64,000 nt of DNA from Hyphochytrium catenoides (taxonomy: Eukaryota; Protista; Hyphochytriomycota). Shown here one piece after another: positions 10,901 to 25,106 of the stretch (position 1 is its first letter; each line of letters starts with the position of its first letter). Location: the NCBI GenBank assembly GCA_900088475.1, contig FLMG01000154.1:1-64000 (forward strand), in the 5' to 3' direction. The notes under the pieces are model-generated. The model saw nothing but the letters and a program-made list of their open reading frames with translations, was not told the DNA's origin and did no database searches. Position numbers and translations under genes: made by a program.

Positions 10901-13900
10901 TTACTCGAATGCAGCAGCCCTACTTATTGTTGCTCGACTCTTTTTCAATTCTATCTCTCTTGGGTCCCTCCTTCTTTCACTTTTAGTCGATGCTCAAAAC
11001 CGCCGTGGACGAAGAAGACGAGCTTGAGGACCAGGTGCTGGTGGAAGCTAAGTGGTGGAGAGAGCTTCTACCTGAAAAGCACGAAAGAGAGNNNNNNTTA
11101 TGCGGGCCATTGATGGCGCTGGGCAGGTTTATCTTTTCGGGAAGGGGGCAGGTGAAGAGCTCTACACCGTCGAGGAAGAGCACTTCCTCCCGCTCCCGGA
11201 CGACCCCCCGCACATGGAGCTTCTGTATGCGCTCTGGCGGACCAGAGTAAAGCCTGGGAGTATCAAGGTCTAAATTAGCATCCGTCCGGACAAGGATAAG
11301 AAACTCTCTATTTCACTGTGTTCGTCTCATGAACGTCGAATCCTTCTCTCCTCTCTGCCTCCCTATCCCGCTGCCTTTCTCTCCTTGTTACTTTCTGTGT
11401 TCAACATATTCCTCTATCGTCTCTCTTCCCTTCCACTGCGCTTATTCTCATCCTTTCCTATTAGGAGGCAGCAGTGAAACCTCCGCTCAAACTCAAAGCG
11501 TTTGGGACGAAGCCAAAGAGCAAGGATGAAGAGGCAGATGAAGAACAGAGGAATAGAGAAGAAGAAGAGCGGAATAGGCAGCAAAGAGAGGCAATCCCGG
11601 CCAGCTTTAGACCTAGAGAGAGTAAGGAAGCATACTGCAACCTTCTTTGTCTGCTGCCGCTTTCTTTCCAACCCTTATCTTCCTGCCTTTGTTGCTCTTG
11701 TCTCGTGCTAATACACTGCTTTTCTTCCCTATTATCTTGTCCATCTTGGTTTTCGCTTCTTCACATCATCTCTGTTTAGAAAGAGTTAACAAGCCGAAGA
11801 TGACGGTCTTGCCTGGAACGTTGCGGGGGCTGAGAATTAGCCACGTGTTCCCGAATGATCCAGAGGAAGAAGATGGAGACGTGCGGCAGAGAGGCAGTGA
11901 CGGGAAGGCGGTTATACCTTCCTCCCTTCTGTTGGCCTCTAGAGGCAGAAGTCCTGCGGGCAAGCAGCACAATGAGGGCAGAGGCTCCGTCCTCGAGGTT
12001 GCGGCTCCTTCTCTCCTCCGTCTCCCTACCGCAGATGAAGATGAGGAGGGTGTATCCAACCAATATTCCGCAGAGAAAGAAGATGATGGAGTTGCCTTTC
12101 GCGGACAGTACTTTGTGGAACTTAACGCCTCACAGACTCTCTTCCGGGCCTGGGGCCGAGAGGTCCATCAAGCAACAACCTCAGGGTCTGTCGCTTTCTT
12201 TCTAACGGAAGAAGGCGCCCTCCTCCTGACAGGTATTTACTCTTTGCTTTCTCTCTCCCTACTGTCTTCTCTCCTCCTCTCTATCCCCTATTCCTAAAAC
12301 TCATCTTCTCCTCTCTCTTTTTTTGGTTTCTGCGCAGCAACAGTTCCTTCGTGTCTAAGCGGCTTTAGTTCTTTTCTTCTCTTTTTCCTTCATTATCTAC
12401 TTATATATCTCGTCTCTTCATCCTCCTCCTTCTCTGTTGTTGAGAGTATGCTATCATCTCCATCTCTTCTCCTCGCACCCGGATCCCTTTTGCTGCTTTT
12501 TCTTACAGTTGGGTTCTTCTAGGGGGTCGGAAAGTTTGGTGGATGAAGGGCATCTCGCCAAGTGGAGAAGATAATGTAGAGAAGAGAAGAAGAGAAGTGG
12601 AAGCCAAAGAGAGAGAAGAGGAAGATCAAGATAACAAGAAGCCATCTGGAGGTGGTGCAGCAGGGGCGAGAGTGTCTCCAGCAGAGGCTACTGAACAGAA
12701 CAATGGAGATAAAGGAGCAAAGCCTGCAGAAGAGGAGACAATCCAGGAAGAAGAGAAGGCTCCAATGTTCACCCCTCGAACAAACTTGCTCCGTGGCGGG
12801 CCTGCAGGTTTGGATGAGGTCAGTAGGCGAACTCAGAGTAGAGCTTGCGTTTTTAACGAAAGAGGGGGAAGTGGAGGGGAAGAGGCGGGACGAGCTGTAT
12901 TATCATCAAGGAAAGAGAGCAATCGATTAAGGAGGAAGTACAATCTAGAGTTAAGTATCTTCTCTCACTCTGTCTTTCCCTCTGATATAAGGAGGACATT
13001 GCTGCTCAACTGCGGAAGAGAGAAGAGGATCTTCAAGCTGCTCAGCTGCGGGAAAAGGAGAGTCTTTATGAGCGGTGAGGACCTAACCCTTAAGTTCTCC
13101 CCTCCCTATCGCTGCCGCTACCCCCTCCTCCCTTGAAAGCTGCCTCACGTTTGTCTAGGTTTCTTTCAAGCCTTCACCACACCATATCTTTTCCTCTTGT
13201 CGCAGGTGCTCTCTCTCTCTGTGCCTCTCTGTCTCCCTCGGTCTCTCTCGGTCTGTCTCTCTCCTCCTTTCCCCCAATATCTGATACGTTCGCCTTATCA
13301 CAGTCGCAAACTTGTGATCCAGTACTTTGACTGCTGGTACCCGCCTATGAGTTACGCTACGCGGATGGAGTTCATGGAGAACGTACTCATGAAGGAGCTT
13401 GATTACGACGAGCTGACAGAAGCGCTAGAGGTCATCATCTCCCTCCTCCTCTCTCTCTTTCTTTCTCTCTCATTTACGCCTTCTCTCCTTGGTAGCTGGC
13501 TCCTGCGTGATTCGGTACCGTCTGTCTCTTTCCCCCCCTGCCACAGTTGCTGCATGTTGTGATAGCACTCTCCAGTTGCCTGCCCTTGATCGCGTTTCTC
13601 TCTTGCTTGGTCTGGTGATCTTTACCCGTCTGTGCGCCTTCGTCTATCACCAGAGGCGGAGAGGGAAATCCTCTAGCATGCGAAAGTTAAGGATTGCAGA
13701 GTTAGTAGAAGAATTGAGTCACTGTCTCATTGCACAGGTAGGCCGTCCGTCCTTGGGGTGTACTTCTTCTCCTTCTTTAAAGGACGAAAGCTGGCCCCCT
13801 ATCACAGGCTCCTCCGTCACTCACGAGCCCATCTAACTCTCTCTCTCTGTTCCTCTCCCTATTTATGTGGCTCTTCCTCTCTCTCTCTTCTTCTCTTCCT

Positions 13901-16900
13901 AGCACCCCAATGACCTGGTCTACTATCATTGCTGGATCCGTGTATACTCCTCTTTGTCTGGGCACTAATATGATGTCGTCACTTATACGTGTATTGCTTG
14001 ACATCTGCTGTCTTGGTCAGGTGGAGGTGCTGGGTCCTGAAGGCAATGAAGAAATGAAGAAAATCGAAGAAGGACTCAGAGTAAGACCATGCCTAACGCC
14101 ATGCTTAGACTCTGTCGTGCCCTGGTTGCTTTTAGTTCTTATTTTTGCCTATTCCTTGATAGGAATCGGCTGAAGTGAGCCAGCAGCTGAAGAGAAGTCG
14201 AGGCTTCAAGGAGGAGCTGAAAAAAAAGTTCGAAGAGAAATGGCCTCGAGTTGCAAAGTTCATGCAGGAGAAGGAGGAAGAAAGACTGAAAGAACAGAAG
14301 CGGAAAGAGGAAAGACGAATAGCAGAAGTTGAGGAAGATTATCAGCGGGCCGTCAGGCAGAGAAAGAGGTACAATTTCTCTTTGTCCCTTCTTCACTACC
14401 TCTGCATGCTGAGTGTCTTCGACCTTGGTCTTTTAGCATCTTCTGTCTCTTCGGAGGCCAATGATTACCTTACGCTCCCTCCTCTTCCTCTCGTCCGTAC
14501 TCTTGTTTCGTGTTCTTCAGTTTTCTCACAAAGGCTTTTGTCTTTTGTCTTTTGCTTTCCTTTTCTATCCCCGCTCCTAGGCGAGGCGTCTCTCTCTCCT
14601 CACCTACCAACCAAGGGATCAAAGCTTTTACTCCTCTAAGCTTCAGAGGCAGTAAGGCACTTGTAGGGCCCGAGAAAGGACAGGATGAGGAGGCGTCAAT
14701 CTCGTCGCAAAGTGATAGGATGCCTTCTAAGCGGATAGTGAAGGTACGTCATCACTAACTCCCTTACCTCCTAGATCTTTGCCCTTGTTATCTCTTCTCT
14801 GCTTCGTGTCGTCGCTAGATCAACAACTTCCTCTCATTCTGGACTCTCTTTTCTGTTATAATAACCTACTGACTTTCTTCTTCTCTCCCACCTTTCTTCC
14901 TGCAAGGTTGATGCCGGGCTGCACCACGCTCTCCTGTTGTCTTCAGAGGGAGGAGTGTCCTTCTGGGGTTCGGGAGTCCTCTCACAGGTCCCCTCCTCTG
15001 AGCACGCCAGGGAAGAGGAGGGGCTATCGATGCTCTCTTCTAGTTCTTCATCGGCTACCATAAATTCTACTAGAGAAAAAGCCACAGATAATGACGGGCG
15101 GAGCAACAACGAGAGGCAGAAAAAGCGAAAGGAGAGGGCTCGGCGTTGGCGGTTGGAGCTGGCCGAACCTGAACCAGTAGAAGCTTTGAGAGGAAGACAT
15201 GTTTCGGAGGTTCATTGAATCTCCTTTTCACCCTTTCTCACCTACTACCTTGTAGTCCTCTTTCCTTTTTCCTCTGCCTGTCAATCCCAGCACTTTCTGC
15301 TCTATTTCGTCTGGTCACCTCCTGATCCTAGGTGCTAGACCACCTCCCTTCACTTTCTTCTTATTTCCGCTGCTGCTTCTCGTTATGCATAGATCTCTTG
15401 TGGCAGTTCGTTTTGCGGCGTGGTGGATGCCGACGGCTCTCTCTTCCTCTGGGGAGCAGCGGCTGCCGGACAGCTTGGCCTGGACTTGCAGGGCGAGGAT
15501 CTCACCTCTCCTATCTGTGCATTCGAAGCAGTTCCTCCTTCCCTCGTCCGTCTCTCACTTGGCGGGAATATTAGAGGTACACCGCTGTTTTGACGCCATC
15601 CTCAGTAGCATTGTCGGTTCCTATCTTCAGCAGCGGACGTCTTCTATTCCCTGCTGTCGTCATTTGTGCTAAATCTGACTATTGTCGTTGTTGCCTTTCG
15701 TGTCCTGCCTCCACCAATAATGGAAATTATCCTCAAGTCAATAGTCACTCTTCCTCTATATCCTTTCCCCCTGCCCCTCCCGCATATTCATTTGCAGCCC
15801 GGAAGATCTCATGTGGAGCACTGCACTCGGCTTTAGTCACGGACACAGGCACGATCTCTCTGAAGCAGATCAGTACCTTGTTTGCTCATCTACCACCACC
15901 TGTCTCTCTACTCCCCTGAATGGGCGTCTCTTCTTATTACTTCTTTCATTCTACTGTCCGAAGCTGCATGTCACATCTTCCTCAGCTCGTTCGGTCCAAA
16001 TCTTACCCGCGATATGTCTAGGTTTGCTCTTTGTCTGGGGTTGCACGGATACTGGTCGATTAGGTAACCTCTAATAGTGCTGGAACCTAAGAGGAAGTCA
16101 AGGACCTCTTTCTGAGAACCTTCGTTTGTTCTTGGCCCATGCTCTCCGGCTTCTTTATTCCTCAAGCGTCTGCTGGCTTAACCCCATTAGTAGACAATGC
16201 TTCTTCCTTCCTGAGAATTGTCCCCTATGTACCCGATTTTCTGTCTTAGTACATCCTGCTGAACGCTTTCGCCCTAGGTTTGGACTTCGATAACCTTCCC
16301 TCCAACCTCGCAACGCCTGTTCCCGTGCCCTCGGACTGCTTTGGGAACGAGAGAGTTGCCGAGGTAAACCCCTCAGCAGTATCATGTGTGTGTCCATGTA
16401 TCTATCTTGAGAGGCAAAGGGGTTGTTGTGAGGTTGAGATAAGCGGAGCCGAGGAAAAGACTTAACCTTGAGAGTGAGAATAAGGCAGAAAGAGCGACAC
16501 GAAATACCTAGAAATTGTCTTGAAACGTAGGTGTCTTTTGCGGGGCTTGTCTAAGGTCTGAACGGGGGTAAGGTAGCCATATTAAGAAAGATAAGGAGGG
16601 ATCAAAGGAGGGTTACAGACGTCCCCACGCTCTGGGTCTGACCTCAACAACTTCTTTGTCTTTGTGCTGTCAGGTGTCTTGCGGTTATGTGCAAACGCTA
16701 GTTGGTACGGGCCTTCTTCCTCCTCTTAGCCTCTCTTTCTCCGGAGCTCGGGTGTTGGGGGAGGGGGGGAGACATGCTTCACTGATCCTTCTTTGGGGCT
16801 TTCTATGGGCACTCTCCCCTTCAGGAGCCCCCCCTTCTACTCTTGCAATCTGTTCCTTCGCGGTCCACTTTATCTCTACTATCCTGTTCTGACCATAGCA

Positions 16901-19900
16901 CTTAATCAGCCACCGAGGTGTATGAGAGATTGGAAGGCGGTGTATCTGTGAGACGCGGGGGTAAGCTATATGCTGCAGGCTCTGCTGCTGCGTTAGGTCG
17001 TCCACAGAAGCGGTGGGAGGCTGTCCGCAGTTTGGATGACAAGCGGGTTATCGCAATTTCCGCGGGGCAGGGACACCAAGGTAAGCCAAAAAGAAAGAAG
17101 GCAACAATGCTTGGATGCAAAAGTCTCCCCACTAATTGCAGTGTAGCTCTCGGTCCTTGTTCTCCCTTCCTCTCCATAGTTAAACCAGTGTGCCTCCTTA
17201 GCTGTGGTCATCCTTCCCCGTCCTATCAATAGGCATTTGCTACCCCTTCTCTCACTCTTTCTCCTCCACGTCCTTTCCCTAGTCTTATGGCAGTTCTCAG
17301 TTCCGTCACTTTCATCTCGCTGTCTGTTTTTACGATCCATTTTCTTCCCCTCATCTCCTGGGTTTGTGGTCAAGTTCATCAGACCTAACCTTCCCCTATC
17401 ATGTCTTCGTCATAATATGTTAGGATGTGTGACCGATGATGGGGAGCTGTATACCTGGGGGTCCAACATAGCGGGCTGCTGCGGTCTCTCCACTTCAGTC
17501 CTTTTTGCTCCTGAGCCGTGCCTCGTCTTTGCCCTCTATAGAGCTCCAGAAAACATTTCTCTCCTCTCGTCTCCCCTCTATCGGAAGAGGGAAAGAAAAG
17601 GACTGGAAGAGAGTAGCGAGCAGGGAAAGAGCACGCATCAAAATGAGAGAGAGAATATGAAGGAAGGAAAGCAGAACCCTGGAGAGGCTTTGCCGCACAC
17701 ATCAGAGAATTTAGTGCAGAGGGAAGAGGCAGGAAAAAAAGGAACGTTTCCCAAACCTGCATGTTCTCAGTCTTCCACCTTTCGGCAGAGAGACGCTGCT
17801 TTGGCTCTCGATGGAAAGAAAGGGGGAGAGGGAGAAGCTTGTTGCACTCACACGCAAAGAGATGCATGTCCGTGGTGGCAAGTAGATCTTAAGGCGAGAT
17901 GTACCGTTGCAAATATAAAGGTAAACCAGGTTGGGGAGTGGGAGACTTCTTTTAGGTAAACTCTAGCGCTTTATTAATTAGAGAGTAAAGCAGGACAACA
18001 GAGACCAAAAGAGGACATCTGCCAAAGAAGGAGACGGCAACATGGCGCAGCGAGAGAGGGAAAGACAGACGGAGTGTGAAACCCCAATGGGCGAAAGGCG
18101 ATGATGGTGGAAACGGTGCATATAAGAGCTTGCACATGAGAGGTGCCGAGCCTTAATCATCATCACTTACTCTTCCGTCTTATTAGGTATGGAATCGCAC
18201 TGACAGTGCAAGGGAGGCGCTGTTCCCCTTCTGGATTTTCGTCTCTCTAGTTCCTTTGGACCCCAGAGGCTTGGGTCTCCGAAGTCTAGAGGAGGCCAGA
18301 GAGAAGAGCCTCCTCTCCCGAAGGTTTGACATAAGTGACAGTGAAGGAGAGAGGCTCATAGAGTGGCATATGGAAGAAGAGACGGTCGCGAGATACGTCA
18401 GGTACGAGCTGGGTGGCCAGCGTGGACAAGATGAGGAAGAAGCGTAATATATTTTATATGTTTATCACTGCTCTCTATTTGCCAAGAGGCATCTGGCGTT
18501 TGAATAATTTCTTACCCTCGTCGCAGAATTCAGTGCGAACGGACAACATTCCTGCACCTAGCCCAAGTAGAAGTCTTTGGATATAGAGAAAAGGAGCCCT
18601 GTAAGGCCTATTGCTTGCCTCTTTCTTTGGACATCCTCCTCTGGTCATACCTGAGGTCGCTCTTTCTCTTTAGCCTTCGAGTTTCCTTCTTCCCATCATC
18701 TCAGTGTCCGCTCGTCGATAAGGAGTTAGCACATGTACCTAACCTCTTTCCCTGTCTGTTCCCCGACGCGTTATGCTGTATCTCTATTTAGACTGTGGAA
18801 GGGTCACTAACGTCCACTGCGGCCCGGGCGCTACCGTCGCCATCTTGGGTGCGCTCAGGGACCAAAGGTACGGAGAGATTTGCGATGCGCAGCTTCTCAA
18901 ATCATTCATTTCTGCGATGACACCTGGGCTGCGCCACTGGTAGCCTGAGTAGGCTCTTGCCCAGTATCCGCACTAAATAAATAGGCAACTCTATGCCGTC
19001 TACGCTTACGCAATGTCCTGGTTCTCCCTTCCATGATGAGAGGGCGTGGTCTCCTCTTGTTGATGCCGACTGAGGCAACTATTTTGCTATAGTTCTACCA
19101 TCGCTGTTCTTCTCTTGGTGCTAACGCTTTTAGTCTTGCCTGACGCCTCTTTGCTGGCTACTTTATTGAAGTGCTCTAGAGCGGCGATACGTCCAGGCGA
19201 TCCAAGCTGATGCGGATAACGCCCTTATATTAAGATATCTGCCTGTATATGAAGAGCTATATAACCGGTAAAGGCCTTGTTGCCCGCATCTTCTAGTCCT
19301 GCCTTTGATGACATCCTTGCTCTGCGCGGCACCTTGTCGCTTACCCTTGCTCCATCGGATCTTCTCACGTGATGTCGTATCTGTTCTCTCCCGGTCAGGC
19401 TGGGAAGAGGAACAAAGGAGACCGCTCGAGCCAAACAATGCTTACTATGTATGGGAGCACAGCGGTCAGTAGTTCCTTTTTTTCGTCTTATCTGTAGTGA
19501 CTCCTAATGCGGGCTATTGGCTGGGCTACACTTTGTCTCTTTTCTTCTTTTGCAGGTGCGAGATCTGCAACCTGGAAGTGCTACTGGGGAATACAGTGCT
19601 CAGTAGTGGGGACTTCAAACCTAAGCAACTCAAGGTTCACTCGGTTCTTTCCGTTATCTCTGACCTCTACTGACGCTTCTGTCAAACTTTAACTTTGGAC
19701 TTCTGCAAATGAGCCACACTTCGTGTGCTGCCACTAGAATGCATGGCGACCCTACTGACGCTTACTGCCGTCTCTCTTCTGGCAGGAGTTAATACGCGAA
19801 GTCTTGGCATACGAGCCTCCCAAGCCTCAGCTGCAAGAGAAGAGGGTAGGCCCTAACTCCCATTTTGGCACTATGATGCTGCTAACTCTATTCGCGGGCC

Positions 19901-20006
19901 TCTTTGGCTCCAGGCTCAAAGAGGAAGTATTTTAGATCAACTAGCTTCGAAGATTAAACGACTATCTGCTGGCCAGATTTTTCCAGACCGTAAGAGCGAG
20001 AGGTAG
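7985..20006 (+). CDS. Large multi-exon protein with EF-hands, RCC1 repeats, coiled coil and an F-type lectin (FTP/F5-8C-like) domain
   Basis: EF loops DADGSGQIDFKE, DFDGGGSITEDE and DEDGSGSIEYKE. RCC1 motifs ISCGALHSALVTDTG, FVWGCTDTGRLG, VSCGYVQTL and ELYTWGSNIAGCCGL. Lectin motif SQSSTF..AALALDG...CTHTQRDACPWWQVDL...IKVWNR. Probable last exon ends DRKSER* at 20006. The N gap at 11092-11097 falls in an exon. The start codon is tentative. Confidence 0.8.
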
Positions 20007-20156
20007 ATCACTTATCTACATCGCATAGGGTGTTCGAAGAGGGTTCTTGGCAGGGACAACAGATGGACCTATCATAGCAGCATAGATGAGAACCCTTGCC
20101 CTTAAGAGAAAAGCAAAAAGCAAGCGATGGTCATGTTTGCTAGTACATCCGATGCC

Positions 20157-21393
20157 TCATTCCCCGCCACCTTCCTGGAGACATTCAGCTAGAAGTAGCA
20201 GATAGGCCAGAACATATGTTGTGGCATACCGAGGAACGGAAATAGCCCGCTCAATGATAATTACCCTTGAAGCGGACCTCTTTGGCGTGCCAAAGCCCCA
20301 TTCTGAGCCCGTCAATCACAGTCATAGTTCGTAGAGCTATCTTATAGTACTCTTGGACGTAAGCCTTAGCCTCGGTAGGCAAGCTAACCACCAGCATCTA
20401 GGGAAAATGAAAGTGTCAACTTCTTATCTTCGGTATGAAACAGAGAGGAGCCTGCAACTCAAAGGGATGTGATAAGGTAAACTTTGCCCCATCAGTTTAG
20501 ATCGACAGGATCGAGATCAATCGTATGGCAAAGATGAAAGGCGCTTTGAGAATAGGGACCACATCAGACTATTATGACGGGACAAAGGTCCCCTAAAACC
20601 TACACTGAAAGTCTTACCTGCTCCATAATCCTGAGGATATGGCCAATGCTGAACGTCTTCTGAGACGAATAAGCGGAGACATCTCTATCTATCTTGCATA
20701 GATGACAGAACTTCAAGTCTAAAAGCAGCAGGGACAAGTATAATAGCGGCCCTCTGACCGCATTTCCACCGTGGTCTCTTCCAGAAACCACTCTCGCTAG
20801 CTCACGATAGACTGCGAGAAGTTCTTGTGTGCTCTCTTCAATGGCATCTCCTCGCACTTCATTTTCTCGAGGAAGATAAGACAGCTCCGGAGACCCAGCC
20901 ACTTCTTTCCACTTTGGCAGGAATTCTTGCAAAGCAGCAATGAGAACTGAAGATTGACAAATCTCCCCTTGAAAAGCAAACCCCTCAGACTCTTCTCCTT
21001 GCTCTTCTTGGATAATCTGCCCAAAGATGAAAGAGCGGTACTTCCAAAGAGACTCATGACCCGGAAAGTTAAGAATCCACTCCGTGCTCCGAATAATCTC
21101 CAGGAGATGAAGAGAGATTGGTATAGAAGGGGCCACTACGTCGGGGAAGATCAAATGTGTGGCTTGTCCTTGTCGTCTCAGCCACTCCGAAATGGTCTTT
21201 CTGGTCTTCTCCTCGCACTGAGCAGCTTTACTCATATCTCCTCCTCTGTCGATCCAGTAATAGTAAGAGGGCAAAAGCTTGGCTAGCAGAAGTTGGCGGT
21301 AATGGATGGCGGAATAGTCGGAAACATGGCGATCAACCCATTGAGCGTTGAGGTCAATCTCGTCAAGAAGCTGTCACATCCACATAAAGGCCA

Positions 21394-21424
<31 letters not shown>

Positions 21425-22939
21425 GGATAAGAGAGGATCGGTGTTCATCGAGGCAGAAGTAGCCAAAGGATGACGGAGGTAATAAGGGCTAGAATTTCTT
21501 GTATGAGGAAAGACTGCACCAGACGTGAAGAGCAACCCAACAATGGGAGGCAAAGGAGCCAGGCCAGTTGTCTAGCTTACCATGTCTAGTGTGATGTGAG
21601 AGCAGATCCAATAGCGGTGAGTCCAGGCGTAGTAGTTGCGCGGGTACATGTCCGCCACACGAGAGCAGAGATCTAGCTCTCTTCCCAGTAAGGACCGCAT
21701 CAGCTCTCGATGTTCAGAATCCTCTGGCGCTCTACGATCTGTTTCTTGGGGCTCCAGTTTTGCCGCATTCTCTCTTTGAGGCTGAGCTACCTGGCCTTCT
21801 GTCTTTCCCTCGTCCAATAGCCTCTTGATGCACCACTTCCTTGAAAGCGCACAAAGTAGGAAAGAAAGATCAATCATCAGGCAATAACAAGGAGATGCAA
21901 GATACCAATGTGTGCCAACCTATGAGACCAGGTTTCTGGGCTCTTAGGATGTTTTGAGAAGATGAGCGAGCAAAGGCGAATATCCTCTTCAGCATTCTGC
22001 TCACTAAGAACAATAAGCTCCTTTCTACAAAGAGGCATCGAAGGTATCAGCGGAAGGTGGGTCAGTTGAATGACGCAGGTAGGCGGGAAACCCTTAGTCG
22101 CAGTAGGAAGGCCTAGTAGAAGGGTTGGCGGGTGGACGGAGATAAATAAGAGCGGCCAGAAGAGGAGAGACAACGGACCAGGAAGAGGCTAGTTGACGGA
22201 TATTGGCTTCAGAGGGAAAGGTGTCAAGCTATTCTTCGTCGTCGTAGAGGCCCGTCGGAGAGCACCGCTTCGGGCAGGTAAGCTATGTACCTCAGATTCC
22301 AAGCGGCGTGATAGTCTGCATTGACGAGTAGGACTGCGCGGGTGCAAGAAAGAAGCATCTTCGCGCTATCCTTGGTTTCCTGCAGAGCACAGCGACAGGT
22401 CACTGCAGAAAAATGAAGGCAACCAGCATAGTAAGGATGCCCACGACATGACGGAGATGCGAGAGGAAATACGGAGGAGCTGGCAGAAGACGAGGAAGAA
22501 TCAAGAGGGAGCAACGAGGGGCTCGTGACGAACCTGACCGGAGCATCCACTTTTCCATGCAGCTCTTTCATGATGCAAACAGGTCAGAGCTGCCCTGAAG
22601 AAGTCAGGAAGGTGTTGATAGGATATTCCAAGTTTGTGATCCACAAGAAGGAAGGCCTGGGCGCCTTCCATTATATTTTCCTCCTTCTGACCTTCATTCT
22701 CCTCCGCTTTCTGCGCTGTTGGGACAAAAAGCCCAATTTCATTGCTAAGGATAAGAGGCAGGAAGGATGCAAGAGTAGACCTCAGCCTCAAATACTAGGG
22801 TGAAGAGCGAGAAGCTGCGCAGAGAAAGCAGCGAAGGCGGCCCAGCCATATGCAAGTGATCGGAATGTGGGAGAGGGAACACTCACATCAGCGGGTCCTC
22901 CAAAAAGAGGTCATCCAGCCTTCTCAACAGATCGCTCAT
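20157..22939 (-). CDS. PTAR1: Protein prenyltransferase alpha subunit repeat-containing protein (PTAR1-like, GGTase-III alpha)
   Basis: MSDLLRRLDDLFLEDPLI|NEIGL, FLLVDHKLGI, TRAVLLVNADYHAAWNLR, KHPKSPETWSHR, YPRNYYAWTHR, FPGHESLWKYR. The 3' end is approximate. Confidence 0.85.
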
Positions 22940-23831
22940 AAGGAAGTCATTCAGCTCTAGACGCTGCAGTCAAGCAACCCGAGGAATATACAGACAGTCA
23001 CTAGGATGGCATTTACTCTCTTCCTTGCTCCTCCTCTGGTTGCGCGCCTCACGGCTAAGTGGACTGATCTACTGGGAGCTCAATCAATAGCGTAGTCTCT
23101 AGGAACCCTTCACAGATTGTGCTTTGGGTCGTTCTTTCGTATGCTATTGACTCTGTGTCTCGGTCTTTGCTGGTCACTCTCTCATCCAAAGGTGCATGTG
23201 CCGATCATCGCGTGGCAGCAGACTCAAATGATGACCTTATAAAGCCAATTTCTGGAGGATCTCGAAGATGCAGATCGGCTGTTTCCCATAGTTCGTCGCT
23301 ACAGTGGCTGAATCTCTAAACTGTCGCTGTTCTAGTACAGTACTTAGTACACCTTATGCTTTCTAAACAGGCCATAGATATCACTGACTTCCCATTGTTG
23401 TCGCATAATTGCTTCTCATCACTTGAAGACATCTATCTCATCACTTTTATAAAACGATGAAAGGGCAAGCGAGCGACACAGAGCCAGCGCTAGAGCACCT
23501 GTTGGGGCATCTCAAGGAAAGGATCTAGAAGGTGCTGCAAGACGCAACTGGGCTGCCCTATGGTCGAGCGTCAATAGAAATAAATAATGCTTATTGTTAG
23601 TGAAACAGGGCTCATCTCCATGCTAGGAAATAGCTATAGGTGTCTTTCAGCTTTCGCTGGGGTGTCTGATGCTGCACAGACCGAGGAAACATAAAGGAGT
23701 TGGCAAGCGACGGTAAGAAGAGGAGCAGATAAGTGAAGAACTTCTGGAGGAGAACATGACCGCGAGGGCACTGCTCAAATCGTAGAAAAGATGGCACAGG
23801 GTAGAGTACAGGGCAGACTGGGATATCCTTC

Positions 23832-25106
23832 TCAGATAACCTCAATTTCTGAGGACGAGTAGAACTCATAGGAGGTATCCAAAGGCTCCATGAGCTCGTA
23901 GACAGGGGCTTGACGCTCAAGAGCCTGGAAGAAGCCCACACGCTCAAGTTCTTTCTGAAGCCATACGAAGCCTAGGCTGACGACAAATAGCCCTTGGAAC
24001 AATGCCAACAGAGCCGACATTTCTTCCGATAGGCCCTTATTGATGGTCACTCCTGAGACAAGGACTAGGAGATGGAAAGGAATGAGAGTGAAGGGAAGAA
24101 TGTCAGCAGACGTAGGTTACGTGGAAGAGCCTTCAAGAGTCAACGCTCACCAAGTAGGTCAAATGTCCCATGGACGAATACTGCAGGCAGGAGTATCTTT
24201 CTCCACGTTTCAGCACCGTGGAGGTCCTTGCCAATTAGACCGGCAGCAGTGAGAGCTGCACAGAGGCAGTGTAGAGGCAGGGAGACAATACTCCGCACTC
24301 CCGCTACGAGTGATTGCGCCTGTAGACCATGCATTGCTGACGAGTACCCAAAATTTTCCATCACAGCGAAGCCACAGCCTGCCGCTACAAAGTAGACTAA
24401 AGTCGCTACCGGATTTCTATGATTCGTAAAGGTGAGATCCGTTGGTTGAGTGACGTCGTAAGGCGATCTACTGCATGTGGCCACGGCACTCTTGACGCTT
24501 TCTTCGACCAATGCAGCTACCGCGTAACTTTCTAAAAGCAGAAATAAATAGAAACCAAGATTGTGCTTGAGATTGAGATCAGAGAGACTGCTAATAGTCT
24601 CCGCCTCTGTATCCGGGTCATGCAATTGCTGCATTATGCTGGGAAGTTGGTCCCAGAAGCATATCATGCCCAATGGGATAGTGACAAACATCTCCAGGAG
24701 AGACGCGAAGATCACCCCAGGTATCAGACCCAAAAAGAACATCTTGACCAGAGTGTCTGCCGACACGAGTTCTCTGTCAAGTGCAAAGTTAAGGTACGTC
24801 CGCCTCCCAAAACCTGACTTCTGACTAACGTGTTACCTGCAATGTCGCCAATAGCCGAAGAAGACAAGCAAGCCGACCGGTAAGGCCACCAGCAAAAGGA
24901 CAATGACGTTCTTAACATTCTCCAGAAGACTCTACATGGCGGATAAAGAGTTTGCCGCTAAGTGTTAGCAATGATGAAGCTCTGGTTAAAGTCCCTTCCA
25001 AACGTACCAGGACGACGGCGGTAGCGAGGAGAGTCAATAGAAAGACTGAGGTCCTTGAGAGATCCAAGGATGATCTACCCTTGTAATGCATACAGGAAAG
25101 CAGCAT
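23832..25106 (-). CDS. PrsW-family (M82) intramembrane glutamic/metalloprotease, 4 exons
   Basis: All four family motifs present: ALVEESVK, GFAVMEN, PLHCL and VHGTFD. Multiple TM helices. Introns at about 25006-24933, 24836-24775 and 24150-24053 keep the frame. Confidence 0.8.

Noticed and set aside
11040-11250. Apparent frameshift in the RCC1/EF-hand gene
   Set aside because: It coincides with the N gap at 11092-11097, whose true length is unknown; not evidence of pseudogenisation or recoding.
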